Positions 1-10,911 of a DNA stretch of 64,000 nucleotides are shown piece after piece (the stretch's first letter is position 1; each line of letters begins with the position of its first letter). The stretch comes from Vulcanimicrobiota bacterium (GTDB taxonomy: Bacteria; Vulcanimicrobiota; Vulcanimicrobiia; Vulcanimicrobiales; Vulcanimicrobiaceae). Where the stretch lies: NCBI GenBank assembly GCA_963714015.1, contig OY970223.1, positions 3,328,001 through 3,392,000 of the forward strand, in the 5' to 3' direction. Position numbers and translations under genes: made by a program. The notes below the pieces were generated by a model, which did no database searches, had not been told where the DNA came from, and saw nothing but the letters and a program-made list of their open reading frames with translations.

Positions 1-441
1 CGATGCCGCATCGGAGACGATCGCTTCCAAAAGTTCGAGCGTGTCGGACGTCGCCCAGTGGAGGTCTTCGATCGTCAGCACGGCGCTGCGGCGCTGCGTG
101 AGCGAACGCATGCGTTGCTGGATCTGCGCAAATTGCTCGGCGCGGCTGAGCGCCGGCTGCACTTGCGCGGCGTCTTCGCCCAAGCGCGAAAGACCGTCGA
201 GCACGGCCGAGTAGGGACGATTGCTGGATTCGCGGCACTGCGCGACCGCAACATGCAGCCGCGCGGAATCGAGCTTCGCGCGAAATTCAGCGAGCAACCG
301 CGACTTGCCGGCGCCCGCCTCTCCGGAGATCAGGACCATGCCGCCGCGCCCCGCACTCGCGTCGCGCCGGCGCTGCAGAAGATGTTCCAGTTCGGCCGAG
401 CGGCCGCGAAACGAACGAAAAGCAATCGCCGTGGCAAGCAT
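1..441 (-). CDS. AAA ATPase (LuxR/STAND-type regulator N-terminus), partial, runs off window start
   Basis: Hand translation from ATG at 441 gives MLATAIAFRSFRGRSAELEHLL...LISGEAGAGKSRLL (Walker A) and ...LTIEDLHWA (Walker B-like). Not in the ORF track because it is open-ended. Confidence 0.8.
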   Translation of the reverse strand, partial: MLATAIAFRSFRGRSAELEHLLQRRRDASAGRGGMVLISGEAGAGKSRLLAEFRAKLDSARLHVAVAQCRESSNRPYSAVLDGLSRLGEDAAQVQPALSRAEQFAQIQQRMRSLTQRRSAVLTIEDLHWATSDTLELLEAIVSDAAS

Positions 442-513
442 GTAAAACAGCGTCCCTCGAACGCCTATTTGGCGCTGCGGGACGCTGTTTCATCTACCGG
501 TGGCGAGGCGCAG

Positions 514-1467
514 TTAGTACGCGGGGCCGGGCGCCAGCGCTAAGCCGGGTGCCGCGCCGCCCTGCTCGGCAGTCGTCGACTCCACGGCTCCGGTGCTGGG
601 ATTGAGCGCGATGATCTGCGCCGTGCCTGTGTCGGTAAGCCACAGATGCTTCCAACCCGCATCGAAGCGGATGAACGTCGCCGTATTGAATCCCGTTGCT
701 AGTTGTTTGCAATTCTTCGTGCCGGTGCACTTGAAGACGCCGTTCGCCTGATCGACGTAGTACAGATTATCCGATCCGTCCACGGCCAGACCACCCGCCG
801 CATCGTCTTTCGGCGTCGTTACCAGCACCTTGGCGTTTCCGGCGCAATTGAGAAACTCGACGACGTCCGCATTGAAATTTTTGAGGTCGTCGACCATCCA
901 ATAACAATTGCCTTGGCTGTCGGTCGCGACGCCGAACCCCGCGCCTTGTCCGCCGCTCGGGACATAATGCAGCGTGCGTGACGGCGTTTTTGCGCCGTTC
1001 AAAAACACTTTCACATTCGCCGGTCCGTTGTTTGCGCCGAATTCGTTCGAGACGGCGACCAGTTTGTGCGCGGTGTTCACGGTCACGTCGATCGGCATCG
1101 CGCCCGTGTCCGCAAGGGTGCCCTTCGGACCCACGGGTCCATTGGCGGTCGAGCTGTACGTGACGGCTTCGTCCGCACTCACCAGCGCCTCGTACCACCT
1201 TCCCGCCGTGGTTGCGAATCCGCCGAGCGGTCTGCCCGGAGGCGTCAACGTGCTCTTAAAGGTCAGTGCGGTGCCGCTGACCGTGTACGTCTCGCAGTTC
1301 CCCGTTGATGCCGCGCACGTATAAAGCCAGCTCCCAATACCGGCCGATTCATGCATTGCCGCCATCGGCAGCAGCGGCGACGGTCCCGGTGCGGACGGTC
1401 CGCCGGAACACGCGCTCACCCACGCCGCCGCAATCATCACCGCGATACGCCAAATGATACTCTTCAC
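514..1467 (-). CDS. Lipoprotein with beta-propeller (NHL/SMP-30-like) repeats
   Basis: Signal peptide with lipobox VSAC; repeated GLAVD/GVATD motifs. Confidence 0.7.
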   Translation of the reverse strand: MKSIIWRIAVMIAAAWVSACSGGPSAPGPSPLLPMAAMHESAGIGSWLYTCAASTGNCETYTVSGTALTFKSTLTPPGRPLGGFATTAGRWYEALVSADEAVTYSSTANGPVGPKGTLADTGAMPIDVTVNTAHKLVAVSNEFGANNGPANVKVFLNGAKTPSRTLHYVPSGGQGAGFGVATDSQGNCYWMVDDLKNFNADVVEFLNCAGNAKVLVTTPKDDAAGGLAVDGSDNLYYVDQANGVFKCTGTKNCKQLATGFNTATFIRFDAGWKHLWLTDTGTAQIIALNPSTGAVESTTAEQGGAAPGLALAPGPAY

Positions 1468-1542
1468 GAAAAACGCTCCTCCCGAGATTGCTCTTGGGAA
1501 GAGCGTAGCGGTTTTTCGGCACCCGCCGCAGTGGGGGAAACC

Positions 1543-3362
1543 CTACTCGGTCGCGGCCGGCGCGCTCAAGATGACGATCGCGCTGCGCGAGGCGTCGCTC
1601 CAGACGGCCTGTCCGACCAGCGGATCGGTCAGGTGCGAAAATGCCGCTTGTACCTCCTCGCGGGTGCACGCTTGAACGGAACCGGCCGCGCGCAATGCCG
1701 CATCGACCAGCAGCATCGCCGCGTCAAGGGTTAGCAGCGGCGCATTGGCCGGACCGCCTTGCTGCGTCGCGGTGACCTGCGCCTTCCAGCCTTCTTGCCG
1801 AACCAGGTGCGCGACGACCGCGATCCGTTTGCGCACGCCGTGCGTGCGTTCCCAGAGCAGATCGCTCAGCAGGTCGCAGGCAAAGCCCGGCTTGAGCAGT
1901 TGCCGGATTTCGAGCGGCGTCGCGCCCAGCGAGAGCAGCGTGCGCAAATCGGACACCGTGAGCGCCGTGACGCCGTGCGTGTGCAGTTCGGTAACGAGCT
2001 CTTCTTCCTCCGGAAACTCCGGGCCGATGATCGTGTTGTACTGCGCCTTGTACGCGGCAGCGTATTTGGAGGCCTCGACGCAATCGGGCTGCGTCACGAC
2101 GCCTTTGGCCGTTTTACATTCCAGCATGACGCGGTAGCCCAGCACGCCGACTGCGCGTCGGCGTAGCCGTCCGGTGCGAGGTACCCGCCGACGTGCGTTG
2201 CGCCAAAGCCCAAATGCGCAAACGCATCGCAGACCGCGATTTCGAACGCGGCCGGATCGGCGCCGGTCGAAGTAGCCTCTAGACGATCGATGAGCGCTTG
2301 CGTGGTTGCGCCGATCGCCGGCCGCACTTCAGGTTCGAGGTCCGGCCAGTCGTCGGGCGGCTGATTAATTCGGAACGTTCGATCCTGATTCTGCACGATC
2401 AGCGGTTTGCGACCGTGACCGATGGCGCGCGCGATGTACTCGATGAGCGCCGTATACATGTACTTTTTCACCATGTTCGGCTGCACGAGGCCGCGCTTGA
2501 GCGCTTCTTCAAGAATCTGCTGGGCGCTGCGCGCTTTGCCGTCTTCCAGGATGTCGAAGGCGGCCGTGATGGCGCTGCCGCGCGGCTGCGCCAGCATCAG
2601 GGTCGGCGCAGCGTTGATCTGCGCGAACTTTTGCGGCGGAATGGCCGCCACGACGTCACCGAAGACGTCACCGTGGGTCTTCCAGCGCTGCACGAACGCA
2701 TCGGCTTTGAGAGCGCCGTTCAGCGCGTCGAGTTCGTCCCAGCGGAACGGCGTTGCGACGGGGAATCCGTCAGCGCCGCGCAGGCTGTAAGGAAGAACGC
2801 TGAAATGCCAAGGCGCGTTGCTCGAGACGTGAAGATGGACGCGCTTGACGTCGTGCGTGTTGTACTCGGTCGTGAAGAGGTCGGGTCGGCGCGCCACCGC
2901 GTCGTTACAGAACGCGTGCAGCCAGGTGCGAACGTCCTGCGCCGCCGGCGCGTCGGCGAACGGAATCCAAAGTGCGATGCCGTCTTTGCCGTCGAAGAGC
3001 GGCGCCGCTTGCAGTTCGTGCTCAGCGAGCATATCACGCAAGGTTGCGGCCGCGAGGTTCCGACGGGCGGCGTCAGGCGAGCGCTCCAGCAGGATGCGCG
3101 CGAAGCGCAAGCGATCGACCTCATTCGGCACCGGCGCCCAGCCGTGAAACTCGACCGCGAACATGCGATGGCACAGCCAGAGCAGCTTGTTGGTGGACAT
3201 CGGCACATGCGTGCGATGCCAGTGCGGTGCCTGATCAAAACCAGCCGGAAAATTCGCGAAACAAATCGGCTCGTCCGCAAAGTGCTTTGCCATGGTTTCC
3301 GCGACGAGATAGTAATGGGAAAGAACGCGCGTTTCTAACGCGTCATTTAAGAGCAGCGCCAT
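1543..3362 (-). CDS. Fusion: degenerate LigD-type primase-polymerase + winged-helix (HARE-HTH-like) + Mrr-like PD-(D/E)xK nuclease; frameshift near 2150
   Basis: ORF 2094..3362 has LigD-POL motifs (VEFHGW, PYSLRG...VATPFRWDEL), then SAITAAFDILEDGKARSAQQILEEALKRGL, then FEIAVCDAFAHLGF...PDG. It continues in ORF 1543..2145 with LECKT. Confidence 0.7.
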
Positions 3363-3383
3363 AGCCGCCTTAAATTGGCCGCG

Positions 3384-3444
3384 GGGTCCGTCGAGGGCCT
3401 TTAAGGGAGTGTCAGGGTCCCTCGAGGGCCTTTAAGTGAGTGCA
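3384..3444. repeat. Tandem direct repeat, 2 x ~31 bp (GGGTCCsTCGAGGGCCTTTAAGkGAGTG)
   Basis: Units read directly at 3384-3414 and 3415-3444. Confidence 0.85.
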
Positions 3445-3874
3445 AAGCCCTCGTTAAGACGAAGCGGGCCCCGAGGAGAATCTATCCGTACCTCTTAGCA
3501 GGCGCTATCGCGCATAGGCAACCCCACTTTATCGCGGTTTTACGCCGGCTTCGCTTCTGATTGATGCTCGTAACCGGGCCCGCAGGGGTTGCGCTTTGCT
3601 GCATTTTGGAGCCCCCGATTGCGCGCTTTTGCGTCATCGGCGTCCGCAATAGACGGAACCAACAGTCGATGGTAACGCGGGCCTTAACGCAAATGCCCCT
3701 TGTCCCGATGAGGGCTTCCAACTTGGAATTTCAGGAAATCGTCACCGTTCTTGTCCTTGTGACGACGGGATAGGAGTTAAGGCCTTTTAAAACGAGGCCC
3801 CCCTCCTGGGCGCCTCGCGGCGTCGCGGCTAAGTCAATTCGATGGACTTAAGGCCTTCGAAAACGAGCTTCCGC

Positions 3875-4828
3875 CTAAGTCGGGTCAGAGACCGTTGCTA
3901 ATTTTGGACCGATATAGCCGATCAATATTTTGCCGTTAACCCGCTCGTTCCATATGTAATATCGCCAGGCCTGAGGTGTGATTCGGCCGTGAAGCGAAAA
4001 CGTACGTTGTACCCCATCAGGACAACTAAATGTGCGCTCTGCCGCGTAGCGCTGCATAGTTTGATCGCTTTCGCCAGATACATTCTCTCCCAACGTCAAT
4101 TTTGTTAACTGATTGCTAACCAACGTCGGCGCCACATCACTTAGCGCTGTAAGGTGCTTTATCATTTGAAAGAGAATAGGGTCGTTTTTGCTGAGCGCAT
4201 TCAAATTGTCCTTTGCAGACTCGCAAAATGTTAAACCAGGAAAAAGGCCTGCGCGTTGCTCCCAAACATCGCCCCCACAAGTGATACCATGCCTAAGTAT
4301 CCTTGCCGGCTCATTACAGTGGCGTGCCGCATGCTCCACGTTGCTGGCATGCAAAACGCGCTCATCGCGTTCCAGAATCCGGTCACCGTCTAGTACAGTA
4401 CTGCACGAATGACGAGTTCGTGAGTATCCCATGGATGCTCCGCACTCATGCTGACAGCAACTCCTTCGAATAAGAAGGCGAAACCAAGGCCCTTGCATGG
4501 GTTATCCGCAATGGAGAACTCACGAATTAACGTCTGCTCCTTCAGCGCGACCTCCTCATCGGCTATATACGGTGCCGCAGTAGCGACCGTAAGAAATGCG
4601 CGTCTAGTATCCACTTCAACGCCCCTATCGTTGACCCACTTAAGTATCGGATAGTCTGGCGCGATCTCCAACGTGGCTATCGTGTCTTGGGTACGCAAAC
4701 GGTTGTTGAAGCCATTTTTTATTAACCGCAATAATGTCAATGTAAATCGGCCCATCATAGCGCAAGCTGAACGTCGGTCTCGATAGGTCGCAATACCGTC
4801 ACCCGTTTAAGAAAATATCTAAGGGCAC
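3875..4828 (-). pseudogene. Third gene of Menshen-like locus (NsnC-like; C-terminus resembles RelE/ParE-type nuclease fold), frameshifted
   Basis: Fragments 4390..4758 and 3875..4498 lie directly downstream of the ATPase; C-terminal HGRI...WRYYI...ILIGYIGPKL. Confidence 0.5.
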
Positions 4829-4835
4829 GCGTACC

Positions 4836-5935
4836 CTACACTAACAGCTCTGTCAGGTTCTTTTCCCACTCGTCGAAGAATCCGTCCGGCCACTCGTTTA
4901 TGCGTCCGTTTTTATCCAACTTTGGAGAAACGATCGTCGATCCGGATGTGGGATCGCGCTGAAAATAGTGCAGTGCTATGTCCTCGGGTTGCAGCATTTC
5001 GCGGTGAACGGCCAGTCTCACACCGTTAAGTAAGTGGTCGCTATGCGTTTCTACTATAACCTGCACGCCGCCGAATGCTACTGGGGCGAGCAGCTCCCCC
5101 ATGATGGTTTGTCCTCGTGGGTGCAAGTGGGCCTCGGGGTTTTCAACTATAAACAGCGAGCCCGATATAGCGGCAAGGCTCGCGACTATCACGGGCAGCA
5201 CATACGTAAGTCCGAATCCAACGTTAGTGGCCCGGTAAGGGTTAGATAGGCCCGACGCTGATTCGAAGTGATACGCAAGCCCCACAAGGTCCATTGTGGC
5301 TTGTCGCGCCGTTGTAATACGCGTGCCGGGACAAAAGCTCGCCAAGCCATGCCTCGACTTGATCTTGTAAGCGCGGCGATGGCGCAGACTTTATGCAGTG
5401 TCGACTCGTTCCGTACCGGCTCATCCTTGAAAACATCAAGATAATGGATAGCGAACTCACCGCGTACCCCAACTCTTCGTTGTTGTCGAACGGCATAGTC
5501 AGCCATGACAGAATAAGGGCGCGGCCCCAAACGCTCCGCAGTCAAATAGGTAAACATATCATCAAACAAATTCGACGAATAGCCGTAGGAATTGGGGTCT
5601 CGAGCCAAAGGGCTTAAGACTTCCGCCTCGCGATCGTAATTAAAGGACCACGTAGCACCCCCCCCGCTAAATTGTAAATCGAAGGATATTATGTCATCGG
5701 TAGCGTTCTCGTACAAGGCATCCTTTGCGGAGCCAATTTCAGTCAGTTCTCCGTTTAACGCAAGGCCTATATCTGGCAGGTAACCAACAGAGCGCGACTG
5801 ACGCAGAAGTAGGAGGCTTTGCACAAGCGAAGACTTCCCCATCCCGTTAAGGCCTGAGAGAATCGTCAGTTTACTGAACGGGACTCGACAACGTTCAAAG
5901 CACTTAAAGTTGTGTATAGAAATACTATCCAGCAT
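4836..5935 (-). pseudogene. AAA/ABC-type ATPase with DUF3696 C-terminus (NsnB-like), frameshifted
   Basis: MLDSISIHNFKCF...GLNGMGKSS (Walker A), NVGFGLTYVLP, IVENPEAHLHP, ETHSDH, WPDGFFDEW. Split over ORFs 5189..6025, 5242..5496 and 4836..5345. Confidence 0.8.
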
Positions 5936-7097
5936 CGAGCACCTTTCTAACTGCCTTCTCAACCTTCTCAAATCTGAAACGAATTCGGTCTGGATTACCG
6001 GTTGCGACTGAGATCGTTTCCTCAAATCGAGTGTTTCGTAGTAGTTCCTCGTATGCGCGCCGGCAATCGTTCTTCCGATTACGTAACAATTGCTGCCGTT
6101 CGATAGGCACTTTTGCTAGATTTACGGACCACGTTTCGAACAGCGCCTTATTAATGGGAGGGCGTGGCAGGCTTCTCTCGCTTGATTTTACGAAATGCAT
6201 TCGCCCCGAAAAGATCGTGTGCGAGAGACATTGTTGATACGAATGACCGCCGAATTTCTTCAATCTCGCTTTGAGGCAAGGTATTTAATTCGCTCATTGC
6301 AGTGCTTAGGAAACTATCGAAGTCGCGCGCTTTGTACGATTTGTATGACATTCGAAAGAACGCGACAAATCGCAAAACGCATTCCCTATCACCCATGCGA
6401 TCATCGCGAATACCGAAGTCCGTTGCGATCCCGAATTCTGGCGCTTTTGCCAATTCGCTAAGTATGTCGCTTGCCTGCCCTTGGTTAAGCGCGTGGCGAA
6501 TCTCTTGAGCGGACAACGGCAAGCCACCCGTATTAATGCGTTTGAACACGGTGTATTTAACAGGTGGAGGCGTACCCTGCTGAATTCGATAAGCTGTAGT
6601 TGTGTTTCGTTAATTCGTCTCTGGATATTCCTTGTGAGATCGTCGTAGCGCTTTCCATCTAAGTTCGTTAGAAACTCCATGTCTTTCAGTCGTAACGACC
6701 GGTCAATTACAAAGCGCTTCAGAGTAATCAGTCGCTGCAGCCCGTCTACGACAAGCCACTTATCGTCATCTGTCGCGTCAAAATAGAATGCTGGAAGCGG
6801 TATTCTAACCAATATTGACTCGATGAGGCGGCTTTGCGTTGTGTCATTCCAGATGCCACCCTTACGCTGAAAGCCAGGGTTGAGATCGATTTCGTTAAGG
6901 GCAATCCGTTGCAACACCAAATCGATCGTCGGCTGCGTTGTTTCCATCCGAACAAGGTTCGGGTCAAACGGCTCAGTTATCGGTGTATCCGCGGAGGTGT
7001 CGTCTTCCTCTATACCGGGCTCAATCTCGTTGATTGACGCTGTACGCCCGGTTAGATCAAACAGTTTGTCCTGCTTCACTCCCATTTGCTTCGCCAT
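5925..7097 (-). pseudogene. DUF262 (ParB/GmrS-like) protein (NsnA-like), frameshifted twice
   Basis: PGFQR...IW...QSRLIESIL..IPLP.FY, VVDGLQRL, FKRINTGG.PLSAQEIR. Split over ORFs 6306..7475, 6151..6549 and 5925..6263. Confidence 0.8.
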
Positions 7098-8852
7098 TTT
7101 CGACAATATCTTGAAGTTTCCGCTGGTTGATTGGGTGCGGACGTCGCCCCGCGCGAATCGCCTGGAGCGCTGCGCGCGACACGCTACTGCGCTCTTGTAG
7201 TGTTTGTAGCGGCATAGCCTTGAGCTTTGGCAGAATCTTCGTGACCCATGCATCGCGCAGATTGTCCGGGTACTCCGTGTAAATGCTGCTCGCGTCCGAG
7301 GTGCTTTGCTGCTCGACCTCTTCCAGGTGATTCGACTCCTTGCCAATGTACCGAACGCAATCAATTGCGACGTGGCGCCGTGCCAGAAGCCCAGTCGTCC
7401 TTTGAGTTGAGGGCTCGCCGTCTGGAGTCGCGCACTTGGATTCCGGATGATATTCGTACGACGTAAGAACGTCATTGTACGTCTTTAGGCCGGCAGCCTT
7501 ACTGTCGCGGGTCGGCAACGTTGATACGCGATAGCGCCGCGCAGAGTACTCATCAATCCACTGTAGTCGTAGCCACTTCATCGGATTCGACTCGTACGGA
7601 GCAATGAGGTGAAAGCGCTCGGGATCGACGCCTAGCGGATGCCCCAATTGCTGAACATGTGCGCTGAGGAGGAAATTGAACGGCTTGATTTGCTTCGCAT
7701 AGTCCTTGCACCGATTGAGCTTTTCAAATAGGCGCGCGACATGCGGGCTGCTCACGGTGATACGACTGACGGCTGGCACGTATGCAAACGTAGCAGGCGT
7801 TGCCTTGAGACCGAACGCCTTGCGAATGATGCGAAGCCATGCATCGGCAACCAATCGCGATCGTCGCCCTCCGGATCGGTAGGGTTGAGCAAATGTCCTA
7901 ATCCATGCTCGGACCAATGGTTCTTGCCATTATTGATACCGGCGCGCAAAAGACTGTGGAACGCCCTTTGCATCCCGAAGAAAGAGCACATAGCGCTTTG
8001 CCGATATCGCGTAACACCACAAGCTGTCGCTGTTTGCCGCTTTTCGGGTCGAAGTTATCGTCTTCGATCTCCAGAATGGAACCTCGCACGGCCTCGCGGT
8101 CGTACGGGTTGAGCCTCGCAAACAAGTCCACAATCTCTTGGACTTGCCCCCAGGAAAGCGCCCGGATTGCCTCCCGCCCGCCGCGCATGCGAAGGGGGCC
8201 GCCAGGACAGGCTACAGGGCCGCCGCCGCGCGTGGCCGCTATCGCCATGGAGTCGGTATCCTCCATTGCGTACGTGCCGCCCCGATCGGTGACAAGGCGC
8301 TCCAGGAGGGACAGGAACAGCCTTCCACCGCTCGTGACCAGCGATGCGAGAGGCGGAAAGCAATACTCGCCAGGCGCTTCGGGATGCGAGACCGCGCACG
8401 CATACGGGCTATCATCGATGCCGTAGCATTGCAGGCGCACTTTCTTATCGGATTCCTGGCGGTCCATTTGCGCAAAAATGCCATAGGCTGTCGCGCTACC
8501 GAACGTCTTGAGGGCTTTATCTAAGCGCTCCCGCTCGGCCGGCTCAATGTCCTTGCGCGACGCGAGACGCTTGCGTTCCTCGATCACCTTTCGGAAAAAA
8601 TCGTCCCTGCGGGGGTTGATCGGGACCCGCCCTCGGAATGCGATCGGCGTCAGTAAATCGACCTCGCCGATCGGTTTGATTCGAAACGCCTCCACGATCC
8701 GAGGGATCTTACCGGTCAGCAAAACCGAGGCGACGAGATCCGGCCACGCATACCAGAGTGCGTCTTCCTGGCGCGAGGCATACAGATAGTTCACACCGAT
8801 TTGCCACGCATTGCTCCCGTACTTTGCTCGCACGGGAAGAACGTCGCCATCC
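7057..8852 (-). pseudogene. Divergent family B DNA polymerase (self-synthesizing element/casposon-like), N-terminus lost, internal frameshifts, C-terminal HTH-like tail
   Basis: Motif B-like KALKTFGSATAYG, PLASLVTSGGR and motif C YAMEDTDS in the C-terminal part of ORF 7898..9271. Continues through 7930..8133, 7752..7991 and 7057..7917. Confidence 0.7.
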
Positions 8853-9606
8853 GATCGCAGCGGATTGCCGTTGGAGCACCGCGCTTGACGACGATGCGAT
8901 CCAGTATCCGTACGACGTCCGCAGGCTTTGAATCCAGGCGCGACCTCGATGGCGAGGCATTCGCGCGTGAAGACATCGACGATGTTGAGCAAGCGAAACT
9001 TTCGTCGTTGCTCGCCCTTGAGCGTGTCGTGCATAAAATCCATGCTCCATACTTGATTGGGTCCCGCTGGCGAAAGACGAATGCGCTGCGCCGCCGACCG
9101 CCGCCGGCGTTTCGGTCCTTTGGCCCGTAAATTCAGGCCTTCCAACGTGTAGAGGCGTGCGACGCGCTTGGCGTTGACCTTCCAACCTTCGCGTTGCAAG
9201 AGCACATGGATGCGCCGATAGCCGTACCGCACGCGCGCGGCGGCAATCGCTATTATTCGTCCGCGCAGCACGGTTCAACGCATTGCGCTTGGGTTTGTAC
9301 TGCGGTGATGCGCGATGAATCGTAGCGCCGCGCTTACGCGCCGCTGGCTCACGCCAAACTGTTCTTGCACTTCGCCGGCGAGCTCGCGCTGCTTGGCCGG
9401 CCTCAGAGTTTTTTTTAGAGCACGTCCTGCAACATCGCCTTGTCGAGCGAGAGATCGGCGACCAGGCGTTTGAGCCGCGTATTTTCATCGCGCAGTTCGT
9501 TCATCTCGCGAATCTCGCTCGTGCCGAACTGACCGTATTTTTTCTTCCAAAAGTGAATCGTGTTCTCGTGCACGCCAGCTTGGCGCGCGAGTGCTGCGCT
9601 ATCGGA
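8853..9606 (-). mobile_element. IS3-family internal fragment (orfA 3' part + orfB 5' part); near-identical inverted copy of the element at 14812-15586
   Basis: RYGYRRI, WSMDF, IVDVFTRECL motifs; DNA matches about 14952-15586 in reverse complement. Confidence 0.9.
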
Positions 9607-9627
9607 TCACGCAAACGCGCGGCGCGC

Positions 9628-10911
9628 TTATAAGACGCTTACCTTTATCGACACGCTGTTGGAGACGTTGTCGCTTATTTTTATCGTGCAATTTCCCGAG
9701 CCCGTAGCCGTTACGGTGAACGTTGAAGCCGAACCGCCTTGAGCGACCGTTGCAACGGCGGTATTCGACGACTTTGCGGTCCATGCGCTTACCGTGCTTT
9801 CACTAACCGTGAGCGTTCCGGTTTGTCCTGCAGCAGTAAACGATAGTTTGAGAGGCGACACAGTCATTGGATTCGTCACGAGTACATCCAGGGCGTTGCC
9901 GCCGAGCGTATCGATCCACACATTTCCGTCAGGCCCCGCGGAAAGGGCATCCACGTTTACCAACTCCGGAAGCGGAGGCGTAAAGATCGTCACGGTTTGG
10001 CTCGCGGTGTTTACCCTGAAGATGTTGTCGTCGGTGCGGCTCGCACACCATGGTTCACCATCGGGGCCACGCGCGCAGAATTGTTCCGTTTCATTTCCCT
10101 CGAACGAACCGCCGATCGGATAAACGGAAATCACTCCGGCCGGAGTGATGCGGCCCATCTGGGGTGCTGAGGCTAAGCATGCAAACCAGACGTTATTGTC
10201 TTTGGCTAAGACAACGGCGGCCGGGGTGCACGACACCGGAATCTGAAACATGCTGATTGTGCCGGTGGACGGAACGATGCGTCCGATCGCGTTTTGCGAC
10301 GATTCGGCGAACCACACGTTGCCGTCGGATCCGGCCGTGACGCCGCCATATTGATTCGTCCCCGGCTGCGTGGGATACGCATATTCCGTAATCACGCCTG
10401 CCGGCGTAACCTTACCGATGTGGTTGACTTCGGCGAACCAAACATTTCCGTCCGGCCCCGCGCCTATTCCGTCGAGCGACGTGTTGTCACCGCTTGGTAT
10501 CGCGATCGACTTCGACTTGCCTGCGGTCGTCGCAACGGCGATGCTTGTCGTCTCGTCGCTTATATAGAATTTCTTGTCGGCGCCGAGAGCCAACGAAACC
10601 GGACTGCCGCCAAGCGAGCCCGAGAGAGAGAATTCTTTGACGATTCCGGCCATCGAAACGCGCGCCAGCGCGCCCGCACCTTCGTCAAGGAACCACATAT
10701 TGCCGTCGGGACCCGCCACGATTGCCGCACCCTGTCCGCCGGCGCCCTTCAACGCAAACCGTACGTATTGCGCGCCTTTTCCTTTTTGTGCCACGTCGGG
10801 CCGTAACGAAGAAAGCGAGGGCAGTGACGAAGCGGTCCCGCTAGTGTGAGCGCCGCAAGCGGCGCATATACAAGCCAACAGCGCAAGGGACGCGAGGCGA
10901 TAGTTGGTCAT
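9628..10911 (-). CDS. Vgb (virginiamycin B lyase)-like beta-propeller lipoprotein with C-terminal Ig-like domain
   Basis: Repeated GPDGN(M/V)WF motifs; lipobox-like CAAC; C-terminal SSNTAVATV. Confidence 0.75.
   Translation of the reverse strand: MTNYRLASLALLACICAACGAHTSGTASSLPSLSSLRPDVAQKGKGAQYVRFALKGAGGQGAAIVAGPDGNMWFLDEGAGALARVSMAGIVKEFSLSGSLGGSPVSLALGADKKFYISDETTSIAVATTAGKSKSIAIPSGDNTSLDGIGAGPDGNVWFAEVNHIGKVTPAGVITEYAYPTQPGTNQYGGVTAGSDGNVWFAESSQNAIGRIVPSTGTISMFQIPVSCTPAAVVLAKDNNVWFACLASAPQMGRITPAGVISVYPIGGSFEGNETEQFCARGPDGEPWCASRTDDNIFRVNTASQTVTIFTPPLPELVNVDALSAGPDGNVWIDTLGGNALDVLVTNPMTVSPLKLSFTAAGQTGTLTVSESTVSAWTAKSSNTAVATVAQGGSASTFTVTATGSGNCTIKISDNVSNSVSIKVSVL

Noticed and set aside
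7898..9271. 457-aa ORF as a natural transposase-polymerase fusion
   Set aside because: It arises from an indel in IS3 orfB plus a deletion junction; both halves are incomplete.
9628..10911. Streptogramin resistance gene vgb
   Set aside because: It is an exported lipoprotein with an Ig tail; only the propeller repeat is shared and catalytic residues were not confirmed.
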